A stretch of 64,000 bases of DNA from an uncultured Clostridia bacterium (GTDB lineage: Bacteria > Bacillota > Clostridia > Christensenellales > UBA1242), in contig CALVZW010000001.1 of NCBI GenBank assembly GCA_944372675.1, positions 137 through 64,136 of the forward strand, given 5' to 3'. The position numbers and the translations under genes are program-made. Of the stretch, positions 1 to 9,475 are shown piece after piece (position 1 is the first letter of the stretch; every line of letters begins with the position of its first letter). The notes beneath the pieces are model-generated. The model searched no databases and had not been told where the DNA came from. It worked only from the letters and a program-made list of their open reading frames with translations.

Positions 1-24
1 ATAAAAAAAACTGCAATTGCAGTT
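1..24 (-). terminator. putative intrinsic terminator after the PRC-barrel gene
   Basis: A-run at 3-10, palindrome CTGCAATTGCAG at 11-22, then a T-run. On the minus strand this is a short hairpin followed by a U-run directly after the stop codon at 25-27. Confidence 0.45.
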
Positions 25-786
25 TTATGCTGAAAAAATTGCTAAATCTTTAATTTTTCCAAATTTTCTTGCGTTTTCAATAGTTTTAAGTGATATAATA
101 TTTCCTTTTTTTGCAATTAATTCTTTTGATTGTGTGTAAAGATTTTCCGTTATAACTCTGCCTAACAAAAAGTCGACTGAACTTGTAACTTTAGTAGGGA
201 GAGTAGGGGAAGTATTATCTTCATTATGTAATGGAACAATGTTATTAATGTTATCTATTCTTAAAATTTTAACAACTTCATTTGTTTTTGTAATGGCTGG
301 CTTTTTTGTTTTGAATTTAGTAACATCAATTTTTTTATTTTTATCTTGAATAATTGTTATGCCATCACTAAATTTTATTAAATTATCAATTTGAAATGAT
401 TGATTGTTGTTTAAAGCACATTCTGTTACATTAAAATTATCGTCAAACACTATATCGGTAATTTTACCTAAATATGTACCTAAAGCAGTGTATACAATAG
501 AATTGATTGGATTTACGATGTTTAACTCTGGTTCATAATTGCTTGCATTTTCTAAGCAACTATTATTTTTAATAACAACAGCATCTTGTCCTAAATTGTA
601 AATGTTTTTTGTTTCTAAAATTCTTAATTCATTTGTAATTTCTTCTTCATTATTATCATTAAATATTGAAAGGTATTTTATTTTTTTTAATTTTTTATCA
701 AATATTGCATTTAATATTGTTCCTTCAACTTGTCCATTATATAAAGAAATAACAGGCTTACCCAATACAGTAGAAAGTGTGTTCAT
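25..786 (-). CDS. PRC-barrel domain protein (tandem, YlmC/YmxH-like)
   Basis: 253-aa ORF with a GGAGGA SD just upstream of the ATG at 786. It has repeated PRC-barrel-like segments (GKPVISLYNGQVEGTI, LGTYLGKITDIVFD, LLGRVITENLY). The assignment is from pattern recognition only. Confidence 0.5.
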   Translation of the reverse strand: MNTLSTVLGKPVISLYNGQVEGTILNAIFDKKLKKIKYLSIFNDNNEEEITNELRILETKNIYNLGQDAVVIKNNSCLENASNYEPELNIVNPINSIVYTALGTYLGKITDIVFDDNFNVTECALNNNQSFQIDNLIKFSDGITIIQDKNKKIDVTKFKTKKPAITKTNEVVKILRIDNINNIVPLHNEDNTSPTLPTKVTSSVDFLLGRVITENLYTQSKELIAKKGNIISLKTIENARKFGKIKDLAIFSA

Positions 787-934
787 AAATTCCTCCGCTT
801 TAAAATATTTTATGATTGTAATATTTTAATTATGCTATTTATTAAAATTTTATGTTACAAGTTTAGTTATATTTAAATTAAATTTAAACTAAATAAATTT
901 AATGAGAATAATTTTATATCGATATTATATATTG

Positions 935-963
935 TTGCAAAATAATATATTATATGATATAAT
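935..963 (+). promoter_or_regulatory. sigma-A type promoter with extended -10, positioned for a leaderless mRNA
   Basis: -35 TTGCAA at 935-940, a 17-bp spacer, then TGATATAAT at 955-963. The ATG of the next gene is at 972 with no SD between. Confidence 0.55.
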
Positions 964-971
964 GAACTTAT

Positions 972-1724
972 ATGTTTACTAAAAAGTTTGAAAATTCATT
1001 TGAACAAGGGAAAATCACGCAAGATAAAATTCGTGTGCATAATATAAAATTAGGCTCAAAATTGGTTGTTCAACAAAATCAAGTTGCATTTATTGTAGTT
1101 AAGGGTAATGTACTTGATAAATTTCCTGAGGGAAGTTTTGAGTTGACAGGTAGTTACATACCGAAAGTTTTTAAATTTTGTAAACTTGATAAAGCCAGAA
1201 AAAAAAGAATATCTAAGAAAAAATACTACTTAAATCATTTTAATGGTAGTATTATGTTTATTAATTTGCAAGAATTTAAAGATTTAACTTTTGAAACTAA
1301 AAATATATTGTTATTTGATAGATTGGATGACTTTAAATTTAAAATTAGTGGAAGGTTTAATTTTAAAATTATTGACATTGATTTGTTTGCAAAATTCATT
1401 GCTAAATATGGAAAAAGTAATGATTATATTGTAAAGAATGTAATAAAATTTGTATCTAAAAAAATAAGGTACGAATTTCATAAAGAAGAATTTGAAATTG
1501 AATATTTTTTAATGAAAGAAAGTGCAATTTTTGAGAAAATAATGACAAAACTTAATAAAAGATTAATGAAGATAGGAATTGAGGTTTATGACCCAATTTT
1601 AACTGGTTTTAATGTCAACAAACATAACCAACGCAAAATTAATGAATTAATAAGTCAAGGACAAATTACAATAAGGTATCAAAAAATTAATCAAGGAGAT
1701 GAAAACTATGTTGACTTTGGATAA
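972..1724 (+). CDS. hypothetical protein, possibly SPFH/band-7-like (YdjI type)
   Basis: 250-aa ORF. The N-terminal stretch IKLGSKLVVQQNQVAFIVVKGNVLDKFPEGSFELTG resembles the start of SPFH-domain proteins. The 3' end overlaps the downstream ABC ATPase gene. Confidence 0.35.
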   Translation: MFTKKFENSFEQGKITQDKIRVHNIKLGSKLVVQQNQVAFIVVKGNVLDKFPEGSFELTGSYIPKVFKFCKLDKARKKRISKKKYYLNHFNGSIMFINLQEFKDLTFETKNILLFDRLDDFKFKISGRFNFKIIDIDLFAKFIAKYGKSNDYIVKNVIKFVSKKIRYEFHKEEFEIEYFLMKESAIFEKIMTKLNKRLMKIGIEVYDPILTGFNVNKHNQRKINELISQGQITIRYQKINQGDENYVDFG

Positions 1725-2442
1725 TGTAACAAAAGTATTTCGTAAAAATGATAAAAATTTTGTTGCAGTTGAAGATTTATCATTTAACATAAACAAAGGT
1801 GAAATATTTGGCTTAATTGGTACAAATGGTGCAGGGAAAACTACAACTATGCGAATGATTGCTACAACCTTAAAGCCTACTTACGGACAAATTAATGTTT
1901 GTGGTTTTGATTCAGTAAAGGACGATGCAAATGTTAGAAAATGTATTGGCGTACTATATGGTGGAGATACGGGACTATATGATAGGTTGACTGCTAGAGA
2001 AAACATAGAATACTTTGGTAGATTAAATGGTTTAAATGACGATGCAATAAACAAACAAATTGAATATTTATCCGAAGTTTTTGGTTTAAAAGGTTATCTT
2101 GATAGAAGGTGTGGTTCATTTTCACGCGGTATGAAACAAAAAACTTCATTTGCTCGTGCAATAATACATAATCCACAAGTTATGTTATTTGATGAACCAA
2201 CTGCAGGTTTAGATATTTTAGCAAGTGAAGAGGTTATCGATTTTATTAAACAATGTAAAAAACTAGGCAAGACAATATTGCTTTCTTCACATAATATGCA
2301 AGAAGTTGAAGAACTTTGCGACAGGGCATTAATTATAGACCACGGTAAAACTTTGTGCAGTGGTACTCTTGAAAATATATTGCAACAAACAAACACAAAC
2401 TCAATAAAAGAAGCGTTTATTAAAATCATAAAAAAGGATTAG
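1708..2442 (+). CDS. ABC transporter ATP-binding protein (ABC-2/NatA-like)
   Basis: Walker A GTNGAGKTT, signature-like FSRGMKQK, Walker B MLFDEPTAGLD and H-loop SSHNM. The SD AAGGAG at 1693-1698 favours ATG 1708 over the ORF-track ATG 1699. Confidence 0.85.
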   Translation: MLTLDNVTKVFRKNDKNFVAVEDLSFNINKGEIFGLIGTNGAGKTTTMRMIATTLKPTYGQINVCGFDSVKDDANVRKCIGVLYGGDTGLYDRLTARENIEYFGRLNGLNDDAINKQIEYLSEVFGLKGYLDRRCGSFSRGMKQKTSFARAIIHNPQVMLFDEPTAGLDILASEEVIDFIKQCKKLGKTILLSSHNMQEVEELCDRALIIDHGKTLCSGTLENILQQTNTNSIKEAFIKIIKKD

Positions 2443-2445
2443 ATT

Positions 2446-3696
2446 ATGAAAAACAAATTTTTTAATCAATTTTCTATCGTATTAAAAAAAGAATTAAAAG
2501 ATGCTTTTAGAGATAAAAAAAGTATTTTTGCTACTTTCATTTTACCTTTAATATTGTTTCCTATTTTTTTTGTTATTATTGGTATGAGTAGTAATAGCAT
2601 AACTGATAAAGCAATAAATCCTAAATTAACCATTGTTACAACTGGAACGGAAAGCAGTTTATCTGTTAATTCGCAAGAATATAAATATTTTGAAGAAAAT
2701 ATTTTTTCAATTAGTGATGATTTAAAAGTTAATTATGTTGAGTGTGAAAACTTTAAAGATGCACTAATAAATGGAGATATTTATTTAGCATTAATAATTG
2801 AAGAAAATTTTTTAAATAACATTAATGATGTAACAAAGTCGGTAAACATACAGGTTATTTATGACGATAGGTCAACAAGCGGTAATACAACTGCAAGTGT
2901 AATAGTTGAAGTTTTAAATGCTTATAGTGATGCACTGTTGCAAGATAGAGTTGAAGAACTGGACCCAGACATATCAATGACGCCAGTTGTAGGCAGTTCA
3001 CTTTCTTTGTCGCAAGCATTTGACGATATTCAAAGATATGGTACTGATAGTACAATACTTCTTCTTATTATACCTATGCTTTTGACAATGCTTATTTCAA
3101 TAGGTGGAGCATCTATTGCAACAGATTTAGTTGCTGGAGAAAAGGAAAGAAATACATTCGAACCTTTGTTGTCAACGGGTGCAAGCAGATTTAGTATTTT
3201 ATCTGCAAAGTATGCAGTTATTATAATATTTAGTTTTTTAAGTGCCATAGCCGAAGTTTTATCTATATTAATATCAATGCTTGTAACTAAAGATATGTTT
3301 GCTACAAGTGCCTTTTCATCTCTTTATTTGCCATTTTCTGGTGTTATTTTAGTAGTGCTAAATTTACTTATGTTAGCAGCATTGTTTAGTGGGCTGTTGC
3401 TAATTTTAACAAGTACAAGTAATACATTAAAGGAAGCACAAAGTAAATCAACAGTAATTATGTTTTTACCAATGATAATCGCTTTTGCAACAATGTATAC
3501 AGATGTTACTGATATTTCATTATGGAGTATGTGCTTGCCGATTTACAATGTAGTAATTAGCATTAAATTATTACTTGCTGGTGTTATGAATTACGCATAT
3601 TTGTGGGGAGCATTGGCAATAAATGTTATATATGCAATTTTATCAGTCTTTGTAACGGTAAAAACTTTTAGTAAGGAAAGTTTAATAACAAAATAA
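2446..3696 (+). CDS. ABC-2 type permease (NatB-like)
   Basis: 416-aa polytopic protein starting 4 nt after the ATPase stop. It has one N-terminal TM, a large external loop, then about 5 C-terminal TM helices. Confidence 0.7.
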   Translation: MKNKFFNQFSIVLKKELKDAFRDKKSIFATFILPLILFPIFFVIIGMSSNSITDKAINPKLTIVTTGTESSLSVNSQEYKYFEENIFSISDDLKVNYVECENFKDALINGDIYLALIIEENFLNNINDVTKSVNIQVIYDDRSTSGNTTASVIVEVLNAYSDALLQDRVEELDPDISMTPVVGSSLSLSQAFDDIQRYGTDSTILLLIIPMLLTMLISIGGASIATDLVAGEKERNTFEPLLSTGASRFSILSAKYAVIIIFSFLSAIAEVLSILISMLVTKDMFATSAFSSLYLPFSGVILVVLNLLMLAALFSGLLLILTSTSNTLKEAQSKSTVIMFLPMIIAFATMYTDVTDISLWSMCLPIYNVVISIKLLLAGVMNYAYLWGALAINVIYAILSVFVTVKTFSKESLITK

Positions 3697-3763
3697 TGTA
3701 CAAAATACTTGCTAAATTTGGATTTTTAATATATAATATCTAGGTTAATTAAAGGAGAAATTT

Positions 3764-5239
3764 ATGGATAATAATATTGATATGACCAATATTGATGCCA
3801 GCAATGAGTATGAAATTAGGTTAGAAAAATTTAAAAGAATTCAAGAAAGAGATGGGGTTGTTTATAAAGATAAGTTTGAAAGGACTCACACAATAAAAGA
3901 TGCTAGAGAACTTCCGTTGGATACAAATGTAAAATTGTGCGGAAGAATTACAGCAATTAGGGGATTTGGTAAACTTATTTTTGCAAGATTATATGATGTT
4001 GATGCACAAATTCAATTTAGTATTTCTTTAAATGAATGTCCTGATACATTTGAATTTTTTAAATCAAATGTTGATGTGGCTGATTATGTTGGAATTGAAG
4101 GTGAATTATATAATACACATAAAGGCGAATTAACTGTTAGAGTAAGAGGGTATGTAATTTTAAGTAAAGCACTAAGACCACTTCCTGAAAAATGGCACGG
4201 ACTTACTGATACCGATAAGAAATTTAGACAAAGATATTTGGATTTAATTGCGAATGAGGAATCACGAGAAGCATTAAAAACTCGTATAAAAGCAATTAAG
4301 TATATTAGAAATTATCTTGACCAAAATAATTTTACCGAAGTTGAAACTCCAATTTTACAAAATGTTGCAAGTGGGGCAGCAGCAGCACCATTTATGACAC
4401 ATCACAATGCTTTGGATAAAGATTATTACTTAAGAATTGCACCTGAATTGTTCCTTAAGCAAGTAATTGAGTGCGGATTTGATAGAGTTTTTGAGTTGGG
4501 TAAAAACTTTAGAAATGAAGGTATGGATGCAATGCATTTGCAAGAATTTACAATGCTTGAATGGTATGCTTCCTATTGGGACTACAAAGATAATCTTGAA
4601 TTTGTGAAGAAAATGATTCAAGGGTTAGTGCTTGAAACAAAGGGTGATTTAAAAATCACTTATCAAGGTACAGAACTTGACTTTTCAAAGTTTTATGAAT
4701 TAGATTATACAAATTCTTTGAATAAAGAATTAAATTGTGATATTTTATCAATTAATAATGTTGAAGAATTTAAAAATCATTTGTTGAGTTTAAACAAATT
4801 TGATGCAAACGAAGTAAAGGCATTAATTTCAATACCAACTGCTGTAGATTTTGCATTTAAAAGAACAATACGACCAACACTTGTTCAACCAACAGTTATA
4901 ACAAATTATCCAACATTTTTAATTCCACTTGCTAGACACAATGACAAAGATGATAGAATTATTGATATGTTCCAAATTGCAGTTAATGGAGCAGAAATAG
5001 TTAAAGCATATTCAGAACTTGTTAATCCAATTACTCAAAGACAAGCATTTGAAGAACAAGCAAAAAATAAAAGTGCTGGTGATGATGAAAGTTTTGAAAT
5101 TGACGAAAACTTTATTTTAGCAATGGAACACGGAATGCCACCAATGAGTGGATTGGGTTTTGGTATTGATAGATTTATTGCAATACTTGCTGACCAACCA
5201 ACTCTTAGAGATATTGTATTTTTCCCTCAAATGAGATAA
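3764..5239 (+). CDS. lysS: lysine--tRNA ligase (class II)
   Basis: 491 aa with SD AAAGGAG. It has an N-terminal OB-fold region and class II motifs (FELGKNFRNEG, GLGFGIDR). The full length matches the bacterial LysS pattern. Confidence 0.93.
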   Translation: MDNNIDMTNIDASNEYEIRLEKFKRIQERDGVVYKDKFERTHTIKDARELPLDTNVKLCGRITAIRGFGKLIFARLYDVDAQIQFSISLNECPDTFEFFKSNVDVADYVGIEGELYNTHKGELTVRVRGYVILSKALRPLPEKWHGLTDTDKKFRQRYLDLIANEESREALKTRIKAIKYIRNYLDQNNFTEVETPILQNVASGAAAAPFMTHHNALDKDYYLRIAPELFLKQVIECGFDRVFELGKNFRNEGMDAMHLQEFTMLEWYASYWDYKDNLEFVKKMIQGLVLETKGDLKITYQGTELDFSKFYELDYTNSLNKELNCDILSINNVEEFKNHLLSLNKFDANEVKALISIPTAVDFAFKRTIRPTLVQPTVITNYPTFLIPLARHNDKDDRIIDMFQIAVNGAEIVKAYSELVNPITQRQAFEEQAKNKSAGDDESFEIDENFILAMEHGMPPMSGLGFGIDRFIAILADQPTLRDIVFFPQMR

Positions 5240-5243
5240 AATT

Positions 5244-5275
5244 AAAAAGCAATACTTTTTGTATTGCTTTTTCTA
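5244..5275 (+). terminator. intrinsic terminator of lysS
   Basis: Stem AAAGCAATAC (5246-5255) pairs with GTATTGCTTT (5261-5270) around a TTTTT loop, followed by a T-rich tail. Confidence 0.7.
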
Positions 5276-5351
5276 TTAAGTAAAAATTTAATCATATAAG
5301 TTTGGTTTAAAATAAATATGTAAGTAAAACTAATAGTTTTATAAAAACAAA

Positions 5352-5804
5352 TTAAACATTATTATCTTTGCCATTTTTTGTAATTTCATTTCTTGCTAAT
5401 TCATCACATCTATTGTTGTATTTATCAGTAGAATGACCTTTAACTTTATGCCAATTTATTGTATGAAAATTATTTAAATTTATTAGTTTTTTCCATAAAT
5501 CATCATTTAAAACTTGTTTTTTACTCGATGTTCTCCATCCATTATTTATCCAAGAAGATATCCAATCATCTTTAAAGGCATTGTAAATGTAAGCAGAATC
5601 GGTGTAAATATCAATTATGCATTTTTCTTTTACTAATTCTAAAGCACATATAACTGCTTGTAACTCCATACGATTATTAGTAGTATTTGGGCAATAACCT
5701 GAAATTTCTTTTTCAATTCCGTTATAAATTAAAACTGCTGCCCAACCACCAGGCCCAGGGTTGTATGAGCAAGCACCATCAGTATAAATTACAATATTTT
5801 TCAT
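5352..5804 (-). CDS. rnhA: ribonuclease HI
   Basis: 150 aa. The N-terminus IYTDGACSYNPGPGGWAAVL and the later NNRMELQA and TDS motifs are typical of RNase H type 1. Confidence 0.88.
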   Translation of the reverse strand: MKNIVIYTDGACSYNPGPGGWAAVLIYNGIEKEISGYCPNTTNNRMELQAVICALELVKEKCIIDIYTDSAYIYNAFKDDWISSWINNGWRTSSKKQVLNDDLWKKLINLNNFHTINWHKVKGHSTDKYNNRCDELARNEITKNGKDNNV

Positions 5805-5830
5805 AACTACATTATAGCAAATATAAAAAT

Positions 5831-6676
5831 TTATTCAAATAAATTGTAATGCATTTTTACAAAATTTAAAAAATTATTAAAAAAAATTTTTTGTATATCA
5901 TTTTCATTATAACCATTTTTAAAAAATAATTGTATTAAATTGTCAAAGTCATCGTAAGATTTAAGATTAATAGGTAAATTTTCTGTTCCATAAAAATCGC
6001 TACCAATACCAATAGTGTTAACTCCAAATTTTTGAATTATAAAATCAATGTTTTTAAATACATCATATGCTGAAAAATTTTTTGATTTTGTTAAAAAGTC
6101 TTTAACAAATGTTATACCTAAAAAACCATTTGTATTATATATAACTTCTATTTGTTCTATGTTCAAATTTCTTTTATGATTTATTAAATTAAGGCAAGTG
6201 TGAGAATTAAATATAGGCTTTTGTGAAATTTTTACAATATCCCAAAAACTATTTTCGTTAAGATGTGCAGTATCTATCATAATATTATTTTCTTCAAAAA
6301 TCTTTACCAAATCTTTTCCATTTTTTGTAAGCCTGCCTTGTTCTAATGCACCGCCAGCAAATTGGTTATCATAATTCCAAGTTAAAGAACACGAAAAGGG
6401 TGAAAATTCTAATAAACTGTCTATTTGAAGTAAAGTTAAAAAACTTAAATTTTCAAATGAAAATATACAATGTTTTTTTAGTTCATTGTAAGGTGTAACT
6501 TTATTTTTTAATTCTATTGCTTTTTTAATATTAAAACCTTCATTTGATTTAGAAAAAAGAATAGCATTGCATAAAACAATATTATTCTTTTTAAATTCAT
6601 TGTTAAGTTTTTTAAAATTACAATCAGTTGAAGTTAAAAAATCATTATGAGCATCTGCAATTTTAATTTTATTCAT
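5831..6676 (-). CDS. membrane dipeptidase family protein (peptidase M19-like)
   Basis: 281 aa with motifs IADAHNDFL, IDTAHLNE and FNSHTC..HKRNL characteristic of M19 dipeptidases. Its start overlaps the stop of the upstream permease (TAATG). Confidence 0.7.
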   Translation of the reverse strand: MNKIKIADAHNDFLTSTDCNFKKLNNEFKKNNIVLCNAILFSKSNEGFNIKKAIELKNKVTPYNELKKHCIFSFENLSFLTLLQIDSLLEFSPFSCSLTWNYDNQFAGGALEQGRLTKNGKDLVKIFEENNIMIDTAHLNENSFWDIVKISQKPIFNSHTCLNLINHKRNLNIEQIEVIYNTNGFLGITFVKDFLTKSKNFSAYDVFKNIDFIIQKFGVNTIGIGSDFYGTENLPINLKSYDDFDNLIQLFFKNGYNENDIQKIFFNNFLNFVKMHYNLFE

Positions 6677-8430
6677 TATTCAATATCCCGCTTTTTAAAT
6701 ATAATATATGTTAAAGCGAGTAAAAGGGCTACAAAAACAGCAGTAATAATTAAACTAATGTAAAAATTGATGTCAGGATGAATAGGGCAAGAAAAGTCTA
6801 AACCAAGTACATTGCCATTAGTTGCTACAAATTCACCACCTAAAAATCTAAACAAATCAACATTTGCAAAAGGTAAATAAGCATAAACAACACTATCACC
6901 AAATAAATTACCAAATAATGCAACGAATACATATATCATAACTGATATTATTACTGCGGCAACATTGCTTTTAAATGCTGTTGAAATGAATACTGCTAAA
7001 ACTGTATAAACAATTATACGAACTAAAAGCGTTGCTAAAAATATCATGAATAAAGCAGGGGCAGAAATTACTGAAACAGTTTCAGCATTAAAAATCATTA
7101 AAATTGGATTACTACTTAAACCATATAATCTTGCACCGATAATAAATGTTGTAATAGTTCCTATTATTAGGAATATAATACCAATTAATAATGTTGCAGT
7201 TAATTTACCAGTTATTATTTTACTTCTTTTATAAGGTCTAATTGCAAGCATTTTCATTGTGCCACCAGAAGTTTCACCTGAAATCATATTTGCACCAATA
7301 ATAACGCAGAATATTATTATGATAAAACTTAGAAATTCTAGTGCATAATACATAAAATCATATGCATTTGTTTCTTCATTTGAATTGACATTTGATTGAA
7401 AAACATTTGAAAATTCGTAACTATATTTGTTATTTTCAAATAAGTAAACATTTTTTACTACATTTTCTTTTGCTTCATATTTGTTAAAATTTTGTAAATC
7501 TTGGTAGGTGTATTGTTTTAATTTCGATGTTGAAATATCGCCTACAATTTCTAACATTAATTGATTTGTAACGATATCTTCTACTTGTAAAATTGTTAAT
7601 TTATAGTTATCTGCAAGTGTTTTTATAGCATTTATGTTGTTATCGCTTGTATTGTATTCAGTATTTGTTAGGGCTTCGTTATATGAATTTGTCATTTCAT
7701 CATAAATTGATTGCAATTTATTCTCGGCAACTACGACATATTCTGTTTTTAAGTTATCAATTACATTCTGTTCTATTTGTACTGGTGTAATGTTATCAAA
7801 TTTTTCTTTCAAATTATTAAAATATTTATTTTCATCAATTGACTCAACTATTCTTAAATGATGTTCAATTTGTTGTAAATCTCCACTTGTTGCTAGTTCA
7901 ATATTTAATTGATTAAGTTGATGTAAAATGGAAGTATTATCATCATTTGTAACAAAAGCAACCAAAAAATTTTCATTTAGTCTTGAATAAGAATTAATTA
8001 AAACAGATAAAGAGTTTTTTAAGTTGTTTTTAGCACTTATGATATTATCCATATTCCCTTGAGTATAGGAAGTTACTAAATTTTTATAATCGTTATAATT
8101 TAAAACGACTTCATTGTAATATTCTTCTATTAAGGCTTTTGTAACAGTTTCGTTATCAACCCCAGAATAAAAAGCAAGCATATCTTTGACAAAATCTAAA
8201 TTTTCGTCAAAAACATATTTATTTTGATTATTATTAAAATTAGTGTATACTTCAGTTACACTTTCACCTTCAATGTTTGCTAAATCAACAAGGTCTGAAC
8301 GAGGAGATGGTGAAAACATAAGAACTGAAACAACAATTGCTAAAACAAAGAAACCTGTCATTATGAATATAGCAGGGCGAACAAAAATTTTATCGAGTTC
8401 ACCTTTAGTAATTTTTAAAAAACTGTTCAT
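6676..8430 (-). CDS. ABC-2 type permease with a large extracytoplasmic domain
   Basis: Start chosen at MNSFLKITKGEL (8430), 10 nt after the ATPase stop. The ORF-track extension to 8511 would overlap the ATPase gene. The protein has one N-terminal TM, a soluble region of about 330 aa, then about 6 TMs. Confidence 0.7.
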   Translation of the reverse strand: MNSFLKITKGELDKIFVRPAIFIMTGFFVLAIVVSVLMFSPSPRSDLVDLANIEGESVTEVYTNFNNNQNKYVFDENLDFVKDMLAFYSGVDNETVTKALIEEYYNEVVLNYNDYKNLVTSYTQGNMDNIISAKNNLKNSLSVLINSYSRLNENFLVAFVTNDDNTSILHQLNQLNIELATSGDLQQIEHHLRIVESIDENKYFNNLKEKFDNITPVQIEQNVIDNLKTEYVVVAENKLQSIYDEMTNSYNEALTNTEYNTSDNNINAIKTLADNYKLTILQVEDIVTNQLMLEIVGDISTSKLKQYTYQDLQNFNKYEAKENVVKNVYLFENNKYSYEFSNVFQSNVNSNEETNAYDFMYYALEFLSFIIIIFCVIIGANMISGETSGGTMKMLAIRPYKRSKIITGKLTATLLIGIIFLIIGTITTFIIGARLYGLSSNPILMIFNAETVSVISAPALFMIFLATLLVRIIVYTVLAVFISTAFKSNVAAVIISVMIYVFVALFGNLFGDSVVYAYLPFANVDLFRFLGGEFVATNGNVLGLDFSCPIHPDINFYISLIITAVFVALLLALTYIIFKKRDIE

Positions 8431-8440
8431 TTTACACCTT

Positions 8441-9361
8441 TTAATTTTGTTTATTATTAACAACATCCATAAAAATTTGTTCAAGTGATTTTGATACGGA
8501 TGCAATACCAAAGATTGGTACGTTTTTTGAAATTAAGTACGAAGTAACTTTAGGAATATCTTTTTCTTCCATATCACAAATTACATTTTGTCCAGCAACT
8601 TCACAATGGAATTTAAACTGATTCATTATTAATTTTCCTACAAAATTAGGATAATTTACTTTAATTGCAATTTTTGGTTTAACTTTTAAATCTTTAGATA
8701 AATTTGCTACCGTTTTAATTTGTTTTAATTTGCCAAAATCAATAATTGCAACAGTATCACATAAGGCTTCCATTTCACTTAAAATATGGCTAGAAACTAA
8801 AATTGATATTTTTTCTTTTCTTGCAATATTTTTAAGAAAATTTCTAATTTCAATTATTCCATTTGGGTCTAGTCCGTTGGTTGGTTCATCCAATATTAAA
8901 ATTTTTGGATTGTGTAAAATTGCTTGAGCAATGCCTAATCTTTGTTTCATTCCTAATGAATAAGTTTTGACTTTATCTTTAATTCTATCTTTAAGTCCAA
9001 CTAATTCAGCAACTTCATCTATTCTGGTTTTAGGAATACCTTTATATAAACTAGCATAATATTTTAAATTTTGTTTTCCAGACATGTATTGATACATAGT
9101 AGGGGTTTCAACAATTGCGCCGACATTTCTTATTGCTTTTTCAAAATTTTTTTTAATTGAAATGTCACAAATAGTAACATCACCACTTGTTATTTCACTT
9201 AAGCCAGTAATCATTTTTATTATTGAAGTTTTACCTGCACCATTAGGGCCTAATAATCCAAATATTTCACCTTCATAAATGCTAAAACTTACATCATTAA
9301 CCGCTAATCTATCTTTATATTTTTTAGTTAAATGATTTACAGTCAAAACTTTTTTTAACAA
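8441..9361 (-). CDS. ABC transporter ATP-binding protein
   Basis: Walker A GPNGAGKTS, signature YSLGMKQRL, Walker B ILILDEPTNGLD. It has a TTG start preceded by GGAAGGTGA. Confidence 0.88.
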   Translation of the reverse strand: MLKKVLTVNHLTKKYKDRLAVNDVSFSIYEGEIFGLLGPNGAGKTSIIKMITGLSEITSGDVTICDISIKKNFEKAIRNVGAIVETPTMYQYMSGKQNLKYYASLYKGIPKTRIDEVAELVGLKDRIKDKVKTYSLGMKQRLGIAQAILHNPKILILDEPTNGLDPNGIIEIRNFLKNIARKEKISILVSSHILSEMEALCDTVAIIDFGKLKQIKTVANLSKDLKVKPKIAIKVNYPNFVGKLIMNQFKFHCEVAGQNVICDMEEKDIPKVTSYLISKNVPIFGIASVSKSLEQIFMDVVNNKQN

Positions 9362-9475
9362 AATTCACCTTCCGTTAGGTAATTATAGCACATAATAATA
9401 AATTAGTAAACAATTATATCAAATTTTGTTTTAAATATGTAAAAAATGTTGTATAATATAATACATAGGAGAAAT

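Noticed and set aside
5246-5270. The lysS terminator stem (AGCAATAC/GTATTGCT) shares AATAC/GTATT with the ATAATACAC family.
   Set aside because: It has a 5-nt loop, different flanks and no second unit 32 bp away. I judge it an ordinary terminator, not a family member.
8431-8511. N-terminal extensions offered by the ORF track. The same applies at 23048-23101 (miaB), 15098-15154 (lexA), 9446-9475, 40524-40529 and 43153-43158.
   Set aside because: The extensions overlap upstream genes, promoters or SDs. Internal ATGs with proper SD spacing give N-termini matching the protein families.
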